Origin: an uncultured Clostridia bacterium | GTDB lineage: Bacteria; Bacillota; DTU014 | Reading direction: 5' to 3' | NCBI GenBank assembly: GCA_900016865.1 | Contig: FIZI01000001.1 | Location: forward strand, 31,028 to 95,027 | DNA: 64,000 nucleotides | Part shown: positions 62,523 to 64,000 of the stretch, one piece after another | Layout of the letters: each line of letters starts with the position of its first letter | How positions within the stretch are numbered: position 1 is the first letter of the stretch | Notes under the pieces: generated by a model | What the model was told of the DNA's origin: nothing | The model's input: only the letters and a program-made list of their open reading frames with translations | Database searches by the model: none | Translations under genes and position numbers: made by a program

Positions 62523-63515
62523 TCAAATATTCGAATCGCTCTCACGCAACTTGCTCAAAAGGTGGATCAGCTCTTCGTTGACATGCTTCGGAAGCACAAT
62601 TCGCGGCTTGACCAACAGGTCACCTCGGTCGCTGCTTTTCAGACGAGGCATCCCCTTTCCCCTAAGGCGAAAGACCTCGTCACCTTTAGTGCCCTTTGGT
62701 ATTTTCATCAAGACCGGCCGATCCAGAGTAGGAACCTCTATTTCAGCCCCGAGCACCGCGTCTGAGAGTCTCAACAGAATCTCAAGCACGAGGTCGTCTC
62801 CCTCGAGCTTGAACCGATCGTCAAACATCACCTTTATCCTTAGGTAGACCGTTGGGCCGGTTTCGCCATACGGACGAATCCTCAGTCTAGATCCATCCCT
62901 GACACCTGCGGGAATCTGGACCTCAACGGTCTTTTCCTGCAGACCCGGCCCTCTTCCCGGCAGGCTGACTCGCCTGCTTGTTCCTGAATACGCCTCTTTG
63001 AGCGAGATACTCACTTCGATCTCTGAGGCGGATGCCTGAGACTGCGAACCCCTAGTCTTTGCAGTAGTCCCCTGGGGTTGGCGTGGCCTAAAGCCGCTAA
63101 ACCGGGCAAAGCCGGAATCCAAGACGTCATCTCCAAACAGGTCAAACAGGTTTGAGTCTCCAAAAAACACCTTGAAAAAATCGCTAAAACCGTCTACCTC
63201 GCTAGTCCCAAAGGTGAACGTTCGCCCCTGCGAAAACGAGCCGTCACTCTGCCGCGAAAACCAATCGCGGAATATGTTCTCCGCAGCGGCAGAGTCCCAG
63301 TTGCGGCCCAGCCTGTCGTATCTCTCGCGCTTCTTGGGATCAGACAGAACCTCATATGCCTCTTGCACACGCTTGAACTTCTCGGCTGCGTCTTTGTCGT
63401 GTTTGTTGACATCAGGATGGTACTTCCTAGCCAGCTTGCGATACGCGGACTTGATCTCCTTAGCACTGGCGTCTCTTCCGACTCCCAGAATCGAGTAATA
63501 GTCCTCATACTTCAA
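62523..63515 (-). CDS. J-domain co-chaperone lacking the zinc-finger domain (CbpA/DnaJ class II-like)
   Basis: 330 aa. DYYSILGV...KYHPDVNK (HPD motif), G/F-like region, two DnaJ_C beta domains, no CxxCxGxG repeats. TTG start 7 nt after GAGGTGA. Confidence 0.88.
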   Translation of the reverse strand: MKYEDYYSILGVGRDASAKEIKSAYRKLARKYHPDVNKHDKDAAEKFKRVQEAYEVLSDPKKRERYDRLGRNWDSAAAENIFRDWFSRQSDGSFSQGRTFTFGTSEVDGFSDFFKVFFGDSNLFDLFGDDVLDSGFARFSGFRPRQPQGTTAKTRGSQSQASASEIEVSISLKEAYSGTSRRVSLPGRGPGLQEKTVEVQIPAGVRDGSRLRIRPYGETGPTVYLRIKVMFDDRFKLEGDDLVLEILLRLSDAVLGAEIEVPTLDRPVLMKIPKGTKGDEVFRLRGKGMPRLKSSDRGDLLVKPRIVLPKHVNEELIHLLSKLRESDSNI

Positions 63516-63574
63516 GGTCTCTCACCTCTGAACCAGGACCCCTAGTCACACGGATCACATCCCTAGCCGACACC

Positions 63575-63603
63575 ATTGTACGATATAAGTCAGTATTGGT
63601 CAA
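63575..63603 (-). promoter_or_regulatory. Strong sigma-70-type promoter for the J-protein-clpB operon
   Basis: Minus strand: TTGACC (63598-63603), 17-nt spacer, TACAAT (63575-63580). Confidence 0.6.
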
Positions 63604-63663
63604 ACACTTTTGCGTCGGCCTGGGACGAGTTTTGTGCACTCCCGCAACCTCTAGCGGCACTCG

Positions 63664-63714
63664 ACGAAAGAAGCCCTAGCTGCACGAACCATCAAGGTTC
63701 GGGGCAACTAGGGC
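63664..63714 (-). terminator. Probable terminator of nadE
   Basis: Long imperfect hairpin GCCCTAG..GAACC-ttgat-GGTTC..CTAGGGC (63673-63714), followed on the minus strand by TTCTTTCGT. Confidence 0.55.
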
Positions 63715-63769
63715 CAATGAACAAACCTCGCGTGTAAGAGCATATCGCCATGCTCGTGCCGACAAAACA

Positions 63770-64000
63770 CTAGCTATGGCGAGCAGCAATCGGCATGCGC
63801 CTGCCTGTGCCGAACGCCTTTGAAGTCACTCTCAATCCTGGCGGAGCCTGTCTGCGCTTGTACTCGCTCCTGTCGACTGCCCGCACTACCCAAGACACAG
63901 TACCGCCGTCAAATCCTCTAGCGACTATTTCCTCAGGTGAAAAGCCTTCTTCGATGTAGCAGCGAAGTATCTCGTCCAAGATCGAGTAAGGCGGCAGGGT
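63770..64000 (-). CDS. nadE: NAD+ synthase, C-terminal 76 codons (gene continues beyond the right edge)
   Basis: ...[71 protein letters not shown] is the conserved NadE C-terminus. Confidence 0.85.
   Translation of the reverse strand, partial: TLPPYSILDEILRCYIEEGFSPEEIVARGFDGGTVSWVVRAVDRSEYKRRQAPPGLRVTSKAFGTGRRMPIAARHS

Noticed and set aside
63604-63663. CIRCE or HAIR heat-shock operator upstream of the J-protein-clpB operon.
   Set aside because: GTGCACTC...GCACTC are direct repeats, not the inverted TTAGCACTC-N9-GAGTGCTAA (CIRCE) or CTTGAGT-N7-ACTCAAG (HAIR) arrangement.

Overview
Dense, mostly housekeeping 64-kb chromosomal segment with roughly half G+C by eye. It looks like a spore-forming Firmicutes/Terrabacteria-type organism: Bacillus-like pcrA-ligA-gatCA and acpS-nnr-mazEF synteny, plus cotJABC and a SleB-type cortex hydrolase. 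I call about 66 protein-coding genes, most on the minus strand. I found no rRNA, tRNA, CRISPR array, transposase or integrase. Left to right: gatA(partial)-gatC-ligA-pcrA; a histidine operon hisZ-G-B-A-F-IE that lacks hisD/hisC/hisH; a purine salvage block (NCS2 permease, guaA, hpt); HDOD and ComB-like genes; a split t6A cluster (tsaE-tsaB-rimI ... DUF362-tsaD); a plus-strand exbB-exbD-tonB operon continuing into a large secreted cohesin-bearing protein and an SLH/coiled-coil/tail-anchored protein; mazEF; nnr-acpS-MBL-hom-pyk-Gx transporter-NusG_II-apbE; two DMT transporters, DUF1540, PMM/PGM, tkt, thrC, glyQS, pckA; two small ORFs plus an ispF-like gene; a NitT/TauT-type ABC importer; cotJABC; a PHP-like hydrolase, polysaccharide deacetylase, amidohydrolase-type uronate-isomerase-like gene and LysM-SleB hydrolase; an FAD flavoprotein, cdaA, clpB, a J-domain protein and nadE(partial). 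The best candidate for an undescribed system is the five-gene exbB-exbD-tonB-cohesin-SLH operon (20829-27228). It has no TonB-dependent receptor and instead links a PMF motor to wall-anchoring and surface modules. Other points worth a second look are a GuaA whose glutamine amidotransferase domain looks degenerate, the truncated his operon, a divergent IspF-like gene and an atypical cdaA neighbourhood. All calls come from reading the translations and sequence by eye; no database search was run.
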